Assembly: GCA_965199495.1 (NCBI GenBank)
Contig: CBDASK010000003.1
Coordinates: 800,001-864,000, forward strand
Direction: 5' to 3'
Length of the DNA: 64,000 nt
From: Abditibacterium sp.
GTDB taxonomy: Bacteria > Armatimonadota > Abditibacteriia > Abditibacteriales > Abditibacteriaceae
The notes beneath the pieces are model-generated. The model had not been told where the DNA came from, searched no databases, and saw only the letters and a list, made by a program, of their open reading frames with translations. A program made the translations under genes and the position numbers. This document shows positions 40,036 through 50,269 of this stretch, one piece after another (within the stretch, counting starts at the first letter, position 1; each line of letters opens with the position of its first letter).

Positions 40036-40638
40036 TTAAAAATACCGTTCGCACATCCGGCGCGAGGCCAAATCCAAATGTTCGCAGTTGGGCACTTCGT
40101 AGCGGCGGCCTTCGGTATCGGTGATAAAGATGCGCGGATAACGCGCGTTTTGCACGTCCTCGTTGCCCGCGATGTGAAACACGATTTCGCGGCCCATCGT
40201 CAATTGGCCGGGCTGCGCTTCTTCCTTTTTGACGCCCGCTTTTTTCAGCAGACGCAATCCCAATGCGGGCTTGATGCCCATAGGAAGTTGCGGTTCGTCG
40301 TCGCCATTGTTTTCGACTTCGACGGCCCAACGAATCAAACCCGAAATAGGGTCGCGCTTGATGGACAAAACGCGCTCAATGATCGTCGCGCGATACATCT
40401 CGTAAAGCTCTTCGGCCAACAGTTGGCGCGAGTCCGGCTCCAAGTCATCCAAATGGCGAATAATGCCGATCTCTTTGCCGTCTTCGTCGCTCAAAACGAT
40501 GAACTCGTCGGGCGCCGAAAGCGGAATCGCGCGGCGCGGCGGCGCGATTTTCACGCACTGGCCGTCCATCTTCAAAATCAAAGCGCCATCGCGACACTTG
40601 ATCTTGATTTTGTTGGCGCACAGAAAATGTTTGTCCAT
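40036..40638 (-). CDS. DUF1854-like protein
   Basis: RRAIPLSAPDEFI...DGKEIGII and ITDTEGRRYEV...LD..SR. Confidence 0.75.
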   Translation of the reverse strand: MDKHFLCANKIKIKCRDGALILKMDGQCVKIAPPRRAIPLSAPDEFIVLSDEDGKEIGIIRHLDDLEPDSRQLLAEELYEMYRATIIERVLSIKRDPISGLIRWAVEVENNGDDEPQLPMGIKPALGLRLLKKAGVKKEEAQPGQLTMGREIVFHIAGNEDVQNARYPRIFITDTEGRRYEVPNCEHLDLASRRMCERYF

Positions 40639-42383
40639 TAAATCATCACCGCCTCTTTGCCGAGTTGCGTTTGCATCTCGACCAATTTTTTATACAAACC
40701 ACCATCCACCTCGACCAATTCATCGTGCGTGCCTTCCTCGACGATTTGTCCGCCGTCCAAAACGATGAGTTTATCGGCGTTTTTTACCGTGGATAAACGG
40801 TGAGCAATCGCCACCGTCGTGCGGCCCTTCATCAAGTTTTCTAAGGCGTTTTGAATCAAAAATTCACTTTCGGTATCAACGGCTGAGGTCGCTTCATCCA
40901 AAATCAGGATGCGCGGGTTGTCCAAAATCGCGCGCGCAATCGCGATGCGCTGGCGCTGTCCGCCCGAAAGTTTGGTGCCGCGTTCGCCGACGTGCGTATC
41001 ATAGCCGTGCGTTAATTTCATGATGAACTCGTGCGCATTGGCGGCACGCGCGGCTTCCAAAACATCCTCAAAACTCGCATCGGGCCGACCGTAAGCGATG
41101 TTTTCGCGAATCGAACCGTGGAACAAATATGGGTCTTGCGGCACCATCGAAATATGGGCGCGCAAATCTTGCAGCGAAATATCGCGCACATCGGTGCCGT
41201 CCACTTTCAGCGCGCCTTCTTTCACATCGTAAAAACGCGAAATCAGTTGCACCATCGTGGATTTGCCACTGCCCGAAGGCCCGACTAAACCGATCATCTG
41301 GCCCGGCTCGATGGTCAAATTGATATTGGTCAACGCGCTCTCGCTCGAATCGTAGCCGAAACTGAGGTTTTCCATTTCGATGCGCCCTTCCATCTGCGGT
41401 AGCGCAACGGCATTGGGTTTCGACTCGATGTCGGCGTCGGTATCCATAATTTCATAAATCCGCTCGGCGCTGGTAGTTGTGTTGGCGAACAGGTTGAACG
41501 TGTTGGCCAAACTCTGAACCGGCGAGTAAAACAGGCCGACGTAACCCGAAAACATCACGAACTCGCCGGGCGTGAGGCGCCCGCGCAACACTTCGTTGCC
41601 GCCGACGAACCAAACGATGACCAGACCAATGCCAAAGGTCAGGTTGACCGACGGAATGAAGACCGCTTGCAGGTTTTGCGTCGAAAGCCCGGCGACTTGA
41701 AATTCACGGCTTTTGCTGCGAAATTTATCGGCCTCGTGTTCTTCCTGACCGAAAATTTGCACGACGCGAATGCCGCCGATGGTGTCGCTCAAAATCGAGT
41801 TCATGTCGGCCAAACGCTTGCGCATCGTTTTATAAGACGCGCGAATGCGCGTCTGAAAAACGCGTGTGCCGATGGCGAGTGGAATGGTGGGAATCAGCAC
41901 CATAAACGCCAGATACGCGTTGGTATGAAACAACAGCGCCGCGATAATCAAGATGCGTAGCGCGTTCAAAGTAAATTCGCGCACGCCTTCGACGATGAAT
42001 TGCTCGAACACAGCCACGTCGTTGGTGACGCGCGACATAATGGCGCCCGTGCGCTTGTTGCCGTAAAACGCCAGCGACAGTTTTTGCAGGTGATCGTAGA
42101 GGTTGGTGCGCACCTGATACAGCACGTTGTGCGCGACGATGCCGGTCTGCTTCATGCGCAGGTGGTGCGAAATCGTGCGCAAAATCAGCGCGGCGATGAG
42201 AGCATAGGCCAGCATATGCAGGAGCGGCCCGTCGCGCAGGGGCAACGCTCTGTCAATCAGCGGCTTGGTGAGGGCGGGCGGCACCATTTCCATCGCGGTC
42301 ATGACCACGCTCCATAACATGGCGGCGGTCATGATCTTCCAGTGCGGGCGGATTTCGTTTAAAAGTCGGGCGTAGGTATTCAA
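40638..42383 (-). CDS. ABC exporter, fused permease/ATPase
   Basis: GPSGSGKST, LSGGQRQR and ILDEATS; TTG start with GGAG upstream. Confidence 0.93.
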   Translation of the reverse strand: MNTYARLLNEIRPHWKIMTAAMLWSVVMTAMEMVPPALTKPLIDRALPLRDGPLLHMLAYALIAALILRTISHHLRMKQTGIVAHNVLYQVRTNLYDHLQKLSLAFYGNKRTGAIMSRVTNDVAVFEQFIVEGVREFTLNALRILIIAALLFHTNAYLAFMVLIPTIPLAIGTRVFQTRIRASYKTMRKRLADMNSILSDTIGGIRVVQIFGQEEHEADKFRSKSREFQVAGLSTQNLQAVFIPSVNLTFGIGLVIVWFVGGNEVLRGRLTPGEFVMFSGYVGLFYSPVQSLANTFNLFANTTTSAERIYEIMDTDADIESKPNAVALPQMEGRIEMENLSFGYDSSESALTNINLTIEPGQMIGLVGPSGSGKSTMVQLISRFYDVKEGALKVDGTDVRDISLQDLRAHISMVPQDPYLFHGSIRENIAYGRPDASFEDVLEAARAANAHEFIMKLTHGYDTHVGERGTKLSGGQRQRIAIARAILDNPRILILDEATSAVDTESEFLIQNALENLMKGRTTVAIAHRLSTVKNADKLIVLDGGQIVEEGTHDELVEVDGGLYKKLVEMQTQLGKEAVMI

Positions 42384-42650
42384 AAGTGGTCTCCTTTTCG
42401 GGGTTTATGACAAAAACGGGGCGCTTAAAAAAGCAAAACAAAAACCACCGCAAAGAACTTCGTCACGCCTTGCGTGCCCTGTGTTCTTCCGGTGGCTCCA
42501 ATTGCGCGTGGCGCGCCAGTTTTCAAGGTAAATCAATCATCAAAAAAAGCGGTTTTGTCCCCGCGTTCAATTATTTTTATACAGAACCGCAGCTTAACCC
42601 TTTCGCTCCCATTATATAGCTACTCATTGTTTATAGATGTATTTCTTACC

Positions 42651-42690
42651 AAAAAATAGGCTTTCGCAAAATAATTGCGAAAGCCTATTT
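42651..42690 (-). terminator. Intrinsic terminator of the FKBP gene
   Basis: AATAGGCTTTCGCAA/TTGCGAAAGCCTATT hairpin with a T run on the minus strand. Confidence 0.7.
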
Positions 42691-42708
42691 GGTAAACAGC
42701 GAAAACAG

Positions 42709-43266
42709 TTACGAAGTTTTGCCGTTGACCGACAGCAGTTCGACCTCGAAAATCAGCGTCGCGTTGGGCGGAATGGGGCCTTGACCACTCGCGCCATAAC
42801 CCATGCCGGGTGGAATGACGAGTTTGCGTTTGCCGCCGACTTTCATGCCGAGGATGCCTTTGTCCCAACCTTCGATGACTTTGCCCGCACCCAACTGAAA
42901 ATCAAACGGCGCGCGTCCATAAGATTGGTCGAAGACTTTACCGTTGGTAAGCGTGCCTTTGTAATTCATGCTCAATTGGTCGCCGGTGTTGGCGACGGGG
43001 CCGGTGCCGACGCGCTCGTCAATGACTTTGAGTTCGGTCACATCGGCGGCGGGATTGGTTTCGGTCGGAGCGGCACCCTCAGGGGCAGTGGCTGCATTGG
43101 TGGCAGGCGCGGCATTCGTGTCGGCGGGCTTGACGATGGCCGTGGGTTGCGGGTCTTCATCGTGATCTTCGTGGCCTTCGGCGGGTGGGTCTTGCATTTT
43201 GCTGTAAAGCAAAGCGCCCCCGATGCAGACCAAAAGGGCGACGGCGATAATTTTTGATTTATCCAT
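42709..43266 (-). CDS. FKBP-type peptidyl-prolyl isomerase
   Basis: [18 protein letters not shown] and [13 protein letters not shown]. Confidence 0.95.
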   Translation of the reverse strand: MDKSKIIAVALLVCIGGALLYSKMQDPPAEGHEDHDEDPQPTAIVKPADTNAAPATNAATAPEGAAPTETNPAADVTELKVIDERVGTGPVANTGDQLSMNYKGTLTNGKVFDQSYGRAPFDFQLGAGKVIEGWDKGILGMKVGGKRKLVIPPGMGYGASGQGPIPPNATLIFEVELLSVNGKTS

Positions 43267-43363
43267 GATGGTAATTTCTAAGTGTCCCTGAATTTGCAGA
43301 GAAGAGAAGTGTTGCGAATTTTACCGCAACGCGCCTCTCTTGCGCGAGTATAAAAAGCAAAAG

Positions 43364-43765
43364 ATGTCAACTTTTCCCCAAAAACCTGCGCGCCACTTAG
43401 TGTTGTGGGATGGCGATTGCGGATTTTGCCGCCGCAGCGTTGAATGGCTCGCCGCCCACGACAGACGCGGCGCGCTCGATTATCGGCCTTATCAAAGCGT
43501 TGATTTGGCGCCTTCGTTAAAAGAAGCGTGCAGTCAGGCGATGCACGTCATCAAAACCGATGGCGAAGTGATTCGCGGCGGGCGCGCCATGATGTTTTGC
43601 GGATTGTTCACGCCGTTTCGCGGCTGGGCGCGCATTGGCTTATGGCCGATATTTTTGCCATTCATCGAAATCGGTTACCAATTCGTCGCCAGCCATCGGG
43701 CGCTGATTTCCAAGTTTTTCTTCAAAACCGAACGCCCCGAACAATTCGATCGTGTCACCGAATAA
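43364..43765 (+). CDS. DCC1-like (DUF393) thiol-disulfide oxidoreductase
   Basis: WDGDCGFC motif. Confidence 0.85.
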   Translation: MSTFPQKPARHLVLWDGDCGFCRRSVEWLAAHDRRGALDYRPYQSVDLAPSLKEACSQAMHVIKTDGEVIRGGRAMMFCGLFTPFRGWARIGLWPIFLPFIEIGYQFVASHRALISKFFFKTERPEQFDRVTE

Positions 43766-44513
43766 TTTTACTGATATTGATCGCGGCGCCCCGCGCCATC
43801 GCCCCGCCGGGCCAATCGTGATGCGCCCGAACTGGCGCGAACTGTTGTTTTTGCACTGGCCATTCGAGCCGCACATCGTTCAAGATTTATTGCCCGCCGG
43901 TTTAGAAGTGGACACGTTTGAAAATCGCGCTTATGTCGGATTGGTGCCGTTTCGCATGGAGCAAGTGCGTCCGAACTGGGTGCCGAATCTGGGCCGTTTC
44001 GGCAGGTTTTACGATACGTTCGCCGAGTTAAATGTGCGCACTTATGTCGTGCGCGATGGCGTGCCGGGCGTGTGGTTTTTCTCGCTCGATGCCGCCAGCG
44101 CTCTGGCGACAATCGCGGCGCGCGCGTGGTTTCGGTTGCCCTACTTCAAAGCGCGTATGCGCAGCCACGTCGCCGATAATGGCACGATTTCGTATTGGAG
44201 CAAACGCTTGTGGCCCGCACCTTTGCCCGCGCTTTGCAGCGCCAAATATCGCCCACACGGCGAGATTTTTCACGCGCAAACCGGCACGCTCGAAGATTTC
44301 TTGGTCGAACGCTACGTCCTCTATTCGGCGCGCGGTGGCTGCTTGTATCGCGGGCGCGTGCATCACACGCCGTATCCGTTGCAAAACGCCGAACTATTGA
44401 ATTTACGCGAAAGTTGTTTCGCGGCGGCGGGTTTTGCACGGCCCGACGAAGCGCCGCACATTTTGTATTCGCCCGGCGTTGATGTTTCAGTTTGGCCGCA
44501 GGAGCGGGCGTAA
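43752..44513 (+). CDS. YqjF/DUF2071 family protein
   Basis: WRELLFLHW, ELNVRTYV, GVWFFSLDA and FLVERY. Confidence 0.88.
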   Translation: MSPNNFTDIDRGAPRHRPAGPIVMRPNWRELLFLHWPFEPHIVQDLLPAGLEVDTFENRAYVGLVPFRMEQVRPNWVPNLGRFGRFYDTFAELNVRTYVVRDGVPGVWFFSLDAASALATIAARAWFRLPYFKARMRSHVADNGTISYWSKRLWPAPLPALCSAKYRPHGEIFHAQTGTLEDFLVERYVLYSARGGCLYRGRVHHTPYPLQNAELLNLRESCFAAAGFARPDEAPHILYSPGVDVSVWPQERA

Positions 44514-44536
44514 AAATCTCGGCTTAAATTTGCTAT

Positions 44537-44645
44537 TTTCTTCCGTAGAGACGCCGATTTATCGCGTCTAAAATGTCAAATTTTCTCAACTGAATAGCAA
44601 TTCCCACATTTTAGACGCGATAAATCGGCGTCTCTACGGAAGAAA
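44537..44645. repeat. GTAG-tagged REP doublet (GTAGAGAC family)
   Basis: Perfect 40-bp arms 44537-44576/44606-44645. Confidence 0.9.
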
Positions 44646-44800
44646 CCAATCAACCTTCCCACTTCCATCAAACCCAAACGCACTTATAGACAAAAAATGC
44701 GTGTCGCGTGCCTTGTTTCGCGCGTCAAACGAAGGTAAAGTTAAATCCCGACCGAAAAACTCGGATTAAGATTTGCCCGCTTCTTAATCAAAGGCTTTCC

Positions 44801-45109
44801 ATGATCAAGCGACTGTTTTTGCGCCGTCCTTTGCACGACGCGCACGCCGACCACAAAGCGCACTGCACTTCGCTGTGCTGCGCGCGGAGCGGCGCGTGCG
44901 TGAACATCACCGAAATTTGCGGTTGCGAAGAAGAAGCCGCCAAATTGCGCGATCTGGGCGTGCGAGAAGGCGCGCAGGTCACGGTTGTGCGCGCGGGCAA
45001 TCCGTTGTTGGTGCGCGTCGAAGGCGCGCGCTTTGGCATCGGCGAATTGGCTGCACAAAACGTGATGTGCGAAACCGTCGAAAAATCGCGCGGCGAGAAA
45101 TCCAAATGA
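44801..45109 (+). CDS. feoA: FeoA-family protein with His/Cys-rich N-terminus
   Basis: KLRDLGVREGAQVTV..GNPLLVRV; feo operon context. Confidence 0.8.
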   Translation: MIKRLFLRRPLHDAHADHKAHCTSLCCARSGACVNITEICGCEEEAAKLRDLGVREGAQVTVVRAGNPLLVRVEGARFGIGELAAQNVMCETVEKSRGEKSK

Positions 45110-45330
45110 CACTGGCAGATTTAAAGCCGGGCGAACGCGCCCGCGTCCTCGAAATCATCGGCGACGACGAAGCCGCCGACCGCTTGATGGAAATGGGTTT
45201 GGTCGAAGACACGACAATTCAAGTCATCAAATTCGCGCCTTTGGGAGACCCAATAGAAATCGCGGTGCGCGGTTATCATCTGACGTTGCGCAAGACCGAA
45301 GCGGCGAATGTTGGTGTCGAAAAACTCTGA
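45106..45330 (+). CDS. feoA: Ferrous iron transport protein A
   Basis: RLMEMGL and APLGDPIEI.VRGY.L.LR..EA. Confidence 0.93.
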   Translation: MTLADLKPGERARVLEIIGDDEAADRLMEMGLVEDTTIQVIKFAPLGDPIEIAVRGYHLTLRKTEAANVGVEKL

Positions 45331-45362
45331 CAGTTGTCAGAGTTTTCGCTTTTTTAGTAGAA

Positions 45363-47504
45363 ATGCCCACCGAAGTCATCGCCCCGCCGAAACTGCGTCG
45401 CATCGCGCTCGCAGGTAATCCGAACGCGGGCAAAACCACGCTCTTTAATGCGCTGACCGGAATGCGCCAGAAAGTCGGCAATTATCCCGGCGTCACCGTC
45501 GAAAAGAAAGAGGGCCAAGCTCGTTTAATTGACGGCGCACAGGCCACGATTTTGGATTTGCCGGGCACTTACTCGCTGACGCCCAAATCGCCCGACGAGG
45601 AAGTCGCGCGCGACGTCTTGTTAGGTCTGCGCGCCGATACGCCCGCGCCCGACGCGGTTTTGATCGTGGTTGATGCGTCCAATTTGGAGCGTAATCTCTA
45701 TCTGGCAACGCAGATTCTCGAATTGGGTTTGCCTTCTGTCATCGCACTCAACATGGTGGATGTAGCCACGGCGGCGGGCAAGACCGTGGACGCCGGGCAA
45801 TTATCGCATGATTTGGGCTGCCCGGTCTTCCCGATTATCGCCGTCAAAGGCGAAGGTTTGGACGCGTTGCGCGCCGAACTCGCCGGAGATTTGCCGATTC
45901 CCCATCCGCCCGCGCTCGATTTGCCGCCCGCGCTCGAAAGCGCACGGACGCAATTGGCGCGCGCTATTGAAACCGATTCGGACAACGCCGACGATGCGAC
46001 CGTAACGAGCGGCCCACGCGGTATTGCGCTACGATTGTTGTGCGGTAACGCTTCCGCCGACACGGTTGCGCGCGTTTACGGCGAAAACGTCGGTCACGTT
46101 TTGGACGAAGTGCGCGCGCAAAATAAGGTGCGCCCGGCGCAGGAATCCGGCCCGCGCTACAAAATGCTGGGCGCCGTCGTCACCAACGCGCTCGAACTAT
46201 CGGGGCGCGAACTGTCGCAGGATTTCACCGACCGCGCCGACGCGATTTTGACGCACAAAGTCTGGGGCATCGTCGCGTTCGCGGCGATTGTTTTGTTGGT
46301 TTTTCAATCCATTTACAGCTTCGCCAACCTACCGATGGAATGGATCGAGGCGCTACAAACCGGTTCGCAAACGTTTTTGTCCACGCATTTGCCCGCCGGG
46401 CCGCTACGCGATTTGTTGGTTGATGGCGTCGTGGCTGGTGTCGGCGCGGTCATCGTGTTTTTGCCGCAAATTCTGATTCTGTTCTTCTTCATCGGCATTT
46501 TGGAAGATTCGGGTTACATGGCGCGCGCCGCGTTCATCATGGACAAAACGATGGGCCGCGTTGGGTTGCACGGGCGCTCGTTCATCCCGCTTTTGTCGAG
46601 TTTCGCGTGCGCGATCCCCGGCGTAATGGCGACGCGCACGATCTCCTCAAGGCGCGACCGCATGACGACGATTCTCATCGCGCCCTTAATGAGTTGCTCG
46701 GCGCGACTGCCGGTTTATACCTTAATGATCGGCGCGTTCATTCCCGAACGTTACTTGTTCGGATTTTTATCGCAACGCGCGGCTGTGATGTTTTCGATGT
46801 ATGTGTTGGGTGTCGTGGTAGCAATGGCGGCAGCTTATGTTTTCAAGAAAACGATTTTCAAAGGCCCACCGCCCGCGCTACTTTTGGAACTTCCACCCTA
46901 CAAAGTGCCCGCGCCGCGCAATGTTTTGGTCACGATGTGGGAGCGTGGCGCACAATTTTTGGTGCGCGCCGGAACCACGATTTTCGCGTTGTCGGTGATT
47001 TTGTGGTTCGCGCTCAATTATCCGAAGCCATCGCCAGCACAGTTAGCCGCGCAACCCGACGACAACGCGCGCGCGGCTTTAATCGCGCGCAATTCGGCGG
47101 CGGGCACGGTCGGACGTTTCATCGAACCGACGATTGCGCCGTTGGGCTACAATTGGAAAATCGGCGTCGGTTTGATCGGCGCGATGGCGGCGCGCGAAGT
47201 CTTCGTCTCAACGATGGGCACGGTTTACAGCACGGGCGCCGATACCGACGAGGAATCGAAGCCGCTCCGCCAAAAATTGGGCGAAGACAAATGGCCCGAC
47301 GGTCGCCCGGTCTGGACAACAGCCACGGCGATCTCGATCTTGGTTTATTTCGTCATCGCCATGCAATGCGTCTCGACATTAGCGGTCGTCAAACGCGAAA
47401 CTAACAGCTGGAAATGGCCGATTTTCATGCAGGTTTACATGACGGGATTGGCTTGGATTGCCGCGTTTATCGCGTTTCACGGCGCCAAAATGTTTGGACT
47501 TTAA
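45363..47504 (+). CDS. feoB: Ferrous iron transport protein B
   Basis: GNPNAGKT, GNYPGVTV, DLPG and MSCSARLPVY. Confidence 0.97.
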   Translation: MPTEVIAPPKLRRIALAGNPNAGKTTLFNALTGMRQKVGNYPGVTVEKKEGQARLIDGAQATILDLPGTYSLTPKSPDEEVARDVLLGLRADTPAPDAVLIVVDASNLERNLYLATQILELGLPSVIALNMVDVATAAGKTVDAGQLSHDLGCPVFPIIAVKGEGLDALRAELAGDLPIPHPPALDLPPALESARTQLARAIETDSDNADDATVTSGPRGIALRLLCGNASADTVARVYGENVGHVLDEVRAQNKVRPAQESGPRYKMLGAVVTNALELSGRELSQDFTDRADAILTHKVWGIVAFAAIVLLVFQSIYSFANLPMEWIEALQTGSQTFLSTHLPAGPLRDLLVDGVVAGVGAVIVFLPQILILFFFIGILEDSGYMARAAFIMDKTMGRVGLHGRSFIPLLSSFACAIPGVMATRTISSRRDRMTTILIAPLMSCSARLPVYTLMIGAFIPERYLFGFLSQRAAVMFSMYVLGVVVAMAAAYVFKKTIFKGPPPALLLELPPYKVPAPRNVLVTMWERGAQFLVRAGTTIFALSVILWFALNYPKPSPAQLAAQPDDNARAALIARNSAAGTVGRFIEPTIAPLGYNWKIGVGLIGAMAAREVFVSTMGTVYSTGADTDEESKPLRQKLGEDKWPDGRPVWTTATAISILVYFVIAMQCVSTLAVVKRETNSWKWPIFMQVYMTGLAWIAAFIAFHGAKMFGL

Positions 47505-47515
47505 GAAGAAATATC

Positions 47516-47701
47516 ATGCAAGACATCATCGTTTACATCATCGTGGCGGGCGCGGCGTTTTACGTCGGGCGCAGTTGGTATCTGTCGAGCAAAGAAGGTG
47601 GCGGCGGTTGCGGCGGTTGCAAAAGCAAAGGTTGCGCGACCAAACCGCAAGCCGAAAAGCCATTGGTTCAGATTGATTTGGGCGGCAGTTGGAAAGGTTA
47701 A
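47516..47701 (+). CDS. FeoB-associated Cys-rich membrane protein
   Basis: TM helix followed by GCGGC..GC, directly after feoB. Confidence 0.8.
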   Translation: MQDIIVYIIVAGAAFYVGRSWYLSSKEGGGGCGGCKSKGCATKPQAEKPLVQIDLGGSWKG

Positions 47702-47710
47702 ATCCAGCGC

Positions 47711-48577
47711 ATGATTTCGGTTCTCATCGTCAACTGGAATACGCGCGATTTGTTGCGTGCCTGTCTCCATTCGCTCGATAAAATTACGCTCCAACACGAA
47801 ATTATCGTGGTAGATTGCGCCTCGTCCGACGAATCTGCCGTGATGGTCGCGCGCGAATTTCCCGACGTGCGTTTAGTCGCCAGCAACGAAAATTTGGGTT
47901 TCGCTGTGGGCAACAATCGCGCTTACGAAATCGCGCGCGGCGAATGGATTTGGTTGCTCAATCCCGACACCGAAATTTACGCGGACGCCGCCGAAATTTT
48001 AGTTGATTTTTTGCAAACTCGCCCGCAAGTCGGCGCCGTGGCTTCTGCTTTGGTGGACGCGCGCGATGGCCATATTCAGCGTTCGTGCCGCACTTTCCCG
48101 ACGCCCAGCGCGTTGTGGGCACAAGCAAGCGGTTTGGCAGCGCTGTTTCCGCGCTCCAAACGGTTCGGCTTTTACAAAATGGGGCATTGGAATTATCGCG
48201 ACGCGCGACGCGTCGAGCAGCCGATGGCGTCGAGTTTGATGTTGCGACGCACAGCCATTGAAAATATCGGCGAATTATTCGACGAACAATTCCCGATATT
48301 TTTCAACGATGTGGATTTGTGTTACCGCCTGAAACACGCGAATTGGCAGATTTGGTTTGAACCGCGTAGCCGCGTTGGGCATTGGGGCGGCGCTTCGACC
48401 AGCCAGTTAAAACCGGAAATGATCGCGCAATCGCACCAAAGTTTGCGCCGTTTTTACGCCAAGCATTACAGCAACCACGTCGCGGCACCGTTGTATTTCG
48501 CGACGATGGAAATGAGCGAATTGGCGGGATGGGCCAGAATTTTATCCACGAAAAGGCGCAAAAAAAGACAAAAATAG
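47711..48577 (+). CDS. GT2 glycosyltransferase (WbbL-like)
   Basis: IVNWNT, NLGFAVGNN, LLNPDT and DVDLC. Confidence 0.88.
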   Translation: MISVLIVNWNTRDLLRACLHSLDKITLQHEIIVVDCASSDESAVMVAREFPDVRLVASNENLGFAVGNNRAYEIARGEWIWLLNPDTEIYADAAEILVDFLQTRPQVGAVASALVDARDGHIQRSCRTFPTPSALWAQASGLAALFPRSKRFGFYKMGHWNYRDARRVEQPMASSLMLRRTAIENIGELFDEQFPIFFNDVDLCYRLKHANWQIWFEPRSRVGHWGGASTSQLKPEMIAQSHQSLRRFYAKHYSNHVAAPLYFATMEMSELAGWARILSTKRRKKRQK

Positions 48578-48653
48578 GGGAAGAAATCGCAGTGAGTTAA
48601 AGCGATTTCTTCCCCTATTTTTGTCTTTTTTTGCGCCTTTTCGTGGATAAAAT
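48539..48653. repeat. CCAC-ended palindrome overlapping the GT2 3' end
   Basis: Perfect 52-bp arms 48539-48590/48602-48653. Confidence 0.9.
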
Positions 48654-48658
48654 AAGCT

Positions 48659-49576
48659 TTACTCGCGCTTCAGGGAAGTTGTTTCGACGCGTTCGTTGAT
48701 CCAGTTGCCTTCGACGCGCACGCGTTGGTTGACGCGAAAATCGTCCAGCTGTGTGCGCGGCGCGCGAATCGTGTAGGTGTAGCCGTTGCCAGCGCGCACG
48801 CGGGCTTCTTCGCGATTGAGGTCAATGCTGAGGATCGGTCCAGAGAAACTCACGTAACTGCCGCCATTGTTCTGGTTGTTATTGCCGTTGTAATCGTCGC
48901 CGACTTCAACGACGGAATTGGCGCGAATAATATTTCCATTCAATTCGCCGCGCGCTTCGACGCGGTCGCCTTCGCGAATCGAGTTGGGCAACGAATTGTC
49001 AGTGCGCACGCGGTAAATCGTGCCGTCATCGTCGTCGCGCACCTCGAAATCGGTGCGACTGGTGATGCGCGTGACACGCCCGGTCAACGTCACTTGCTGG
49101 CCCTGATAATTACTCGGCGGATTGTAATTACCGTTGCCGTTGTTATAATTGCCGTTACCGTTATTGTAACTGCCGTTATTATAATCGCCGTTGTTGTTAT
49201 CGCCGTAACCGTCGTCGTAGCGGTCGTTGGTAAAATCGCCGACGGTGACCAGACGCGCTTCAAACGTCGAGCCGCGCAAATCGCCGACGACGCGCACTTC
49301 GCTATTCTTTTGCAAGCCGAGCGGCACGCGCATATTGACGCGATAGGTGCGGCCATCTTTCGCGCGCAAATCGAACGAGTTGGCGTTAGAAACGCGGTCA
49401 ACGGTGCCGCGCAAAACGTCGCCACGCCGATTGCGGTCGTTGCTCCCGGAACGAATCGGCGGATTCGGATCGGGCGCGGCCATCGCAGGCGCCAGAATTC
49501 CGACGCTGAGCATCGCCGACAAACCAAGGGCAGAAATAGCGCGCGCCGGGCGCGCCAGAGTGGAATTTTTGAACAT
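48659..49576 (-). CDS. Secreted protein with three OB-fold-like repeats and Asn/Gly/Tyr linkers
   Basis: Signal peptide; three G.V..I...F..R..DG..Y.V...VRVEG-like units. Confidence 0.7.
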   Translation of the reverse strand: MFKNSTLARPARAISALGLSAMLSVGILAPAMAAPDPNPPIRSGSNDRNRRGDVLRGTVDRVSNANSFDLRAKDGRTYRVNMRVPLGLQKNSEVRVVGDLRGSTFEARLVTVGDFTNDRYDDGYGDNNNGDYNNGSYNNGNGNYNNGNGNYNPPSNYQGQQVTLTGRVTRITSRTDFEVRDDDDGTIYRVRTDNSLPNSIREGDRVEARGELNGNIIRANSVVEVGDDYNGNNNQNNGGSYVSFSGPILSIDLNREEARVRAGNGYTYTIRAPRTQLDDFRVNQRVRVEGNWINERVETTSLKRE

Positions 49577-49649
49577 AATGGGGAAATCTCCAATGAAACT
49601 TTCAGATTGGGGAATCTGGCCGTTTCGACGGCAACAACGCGCCCAATGT

Positions 49650-50039
49650 TCAATCAGATTGCGTGAAGAAATCTGGCCTGTCGCCCTCGAACTTCTCGCC
49701 ATAAAACTGCGTGATGACCTGAATCGGCGCCATAATACGCGAATTAAATTCGTCCAATTCCTCGGCGGGCACCCACAACTCCTGATGCACGCGCCCGCCC
49801 ACAACTTGAACCGGATAGCGCGCGGCGAATTGGTCGTCAATCTCGAAGCGCAACACGAAACCGCAATAGCCCGAAACTGGATCGGCGACGTTCCATTGTT
49901 GTGCGATATGCGTCGCATATTCTGGGTTGAGAACCGGATAAAATATCGGTTGAATTGGCAAACGCAGCGGAAACGCGCGAAAGTTTAAGTCGGCGATAAG
50001 TCGAAGTTCGGCCAAGCCGACGGGACGATAAAGTTTCAT
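49650..50039 (-). CDS. Conserved hypothetical protein
   Basis: LYRPVG..EL, FP.RLP.QPIFYPVLN and ELWVPAEEL.EFN; recognised as a conserved family of unclear function. Confidence 0.75.
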   Translation of the reverse strand: MKLYRPVGLAELRLIADLNFRAFPLRLPIQPIFYPVLNPEYATHIAQQWNVADPVSGYCGFVLRFEIDDQFAARYPVQVVGGRVHQELWVPAEELDEFNSRIMAPIQVITQFYGEKFEGDRPDFFTQSD

Positions 50040-50269
50040 TTTTATTCGAGCGTGATTTTGCGACTAACGAGAACTAACTTTTCGCAGACAAGCTTTGGCG
50101 GATTCCATAGATTGGAGATTTACACTGTAAGGATCGAAGGGACTATTGTCTGCCACCAACTCTTCCCTTTTGCAACATGCTTTTAAGGCTGGATTGAGAT
50201 GTGCGACAAAATGGCGCGGTAGGGAATGTTCTGATAGACACTTACTGTTCCAGTGATCCCCAGACCCCT

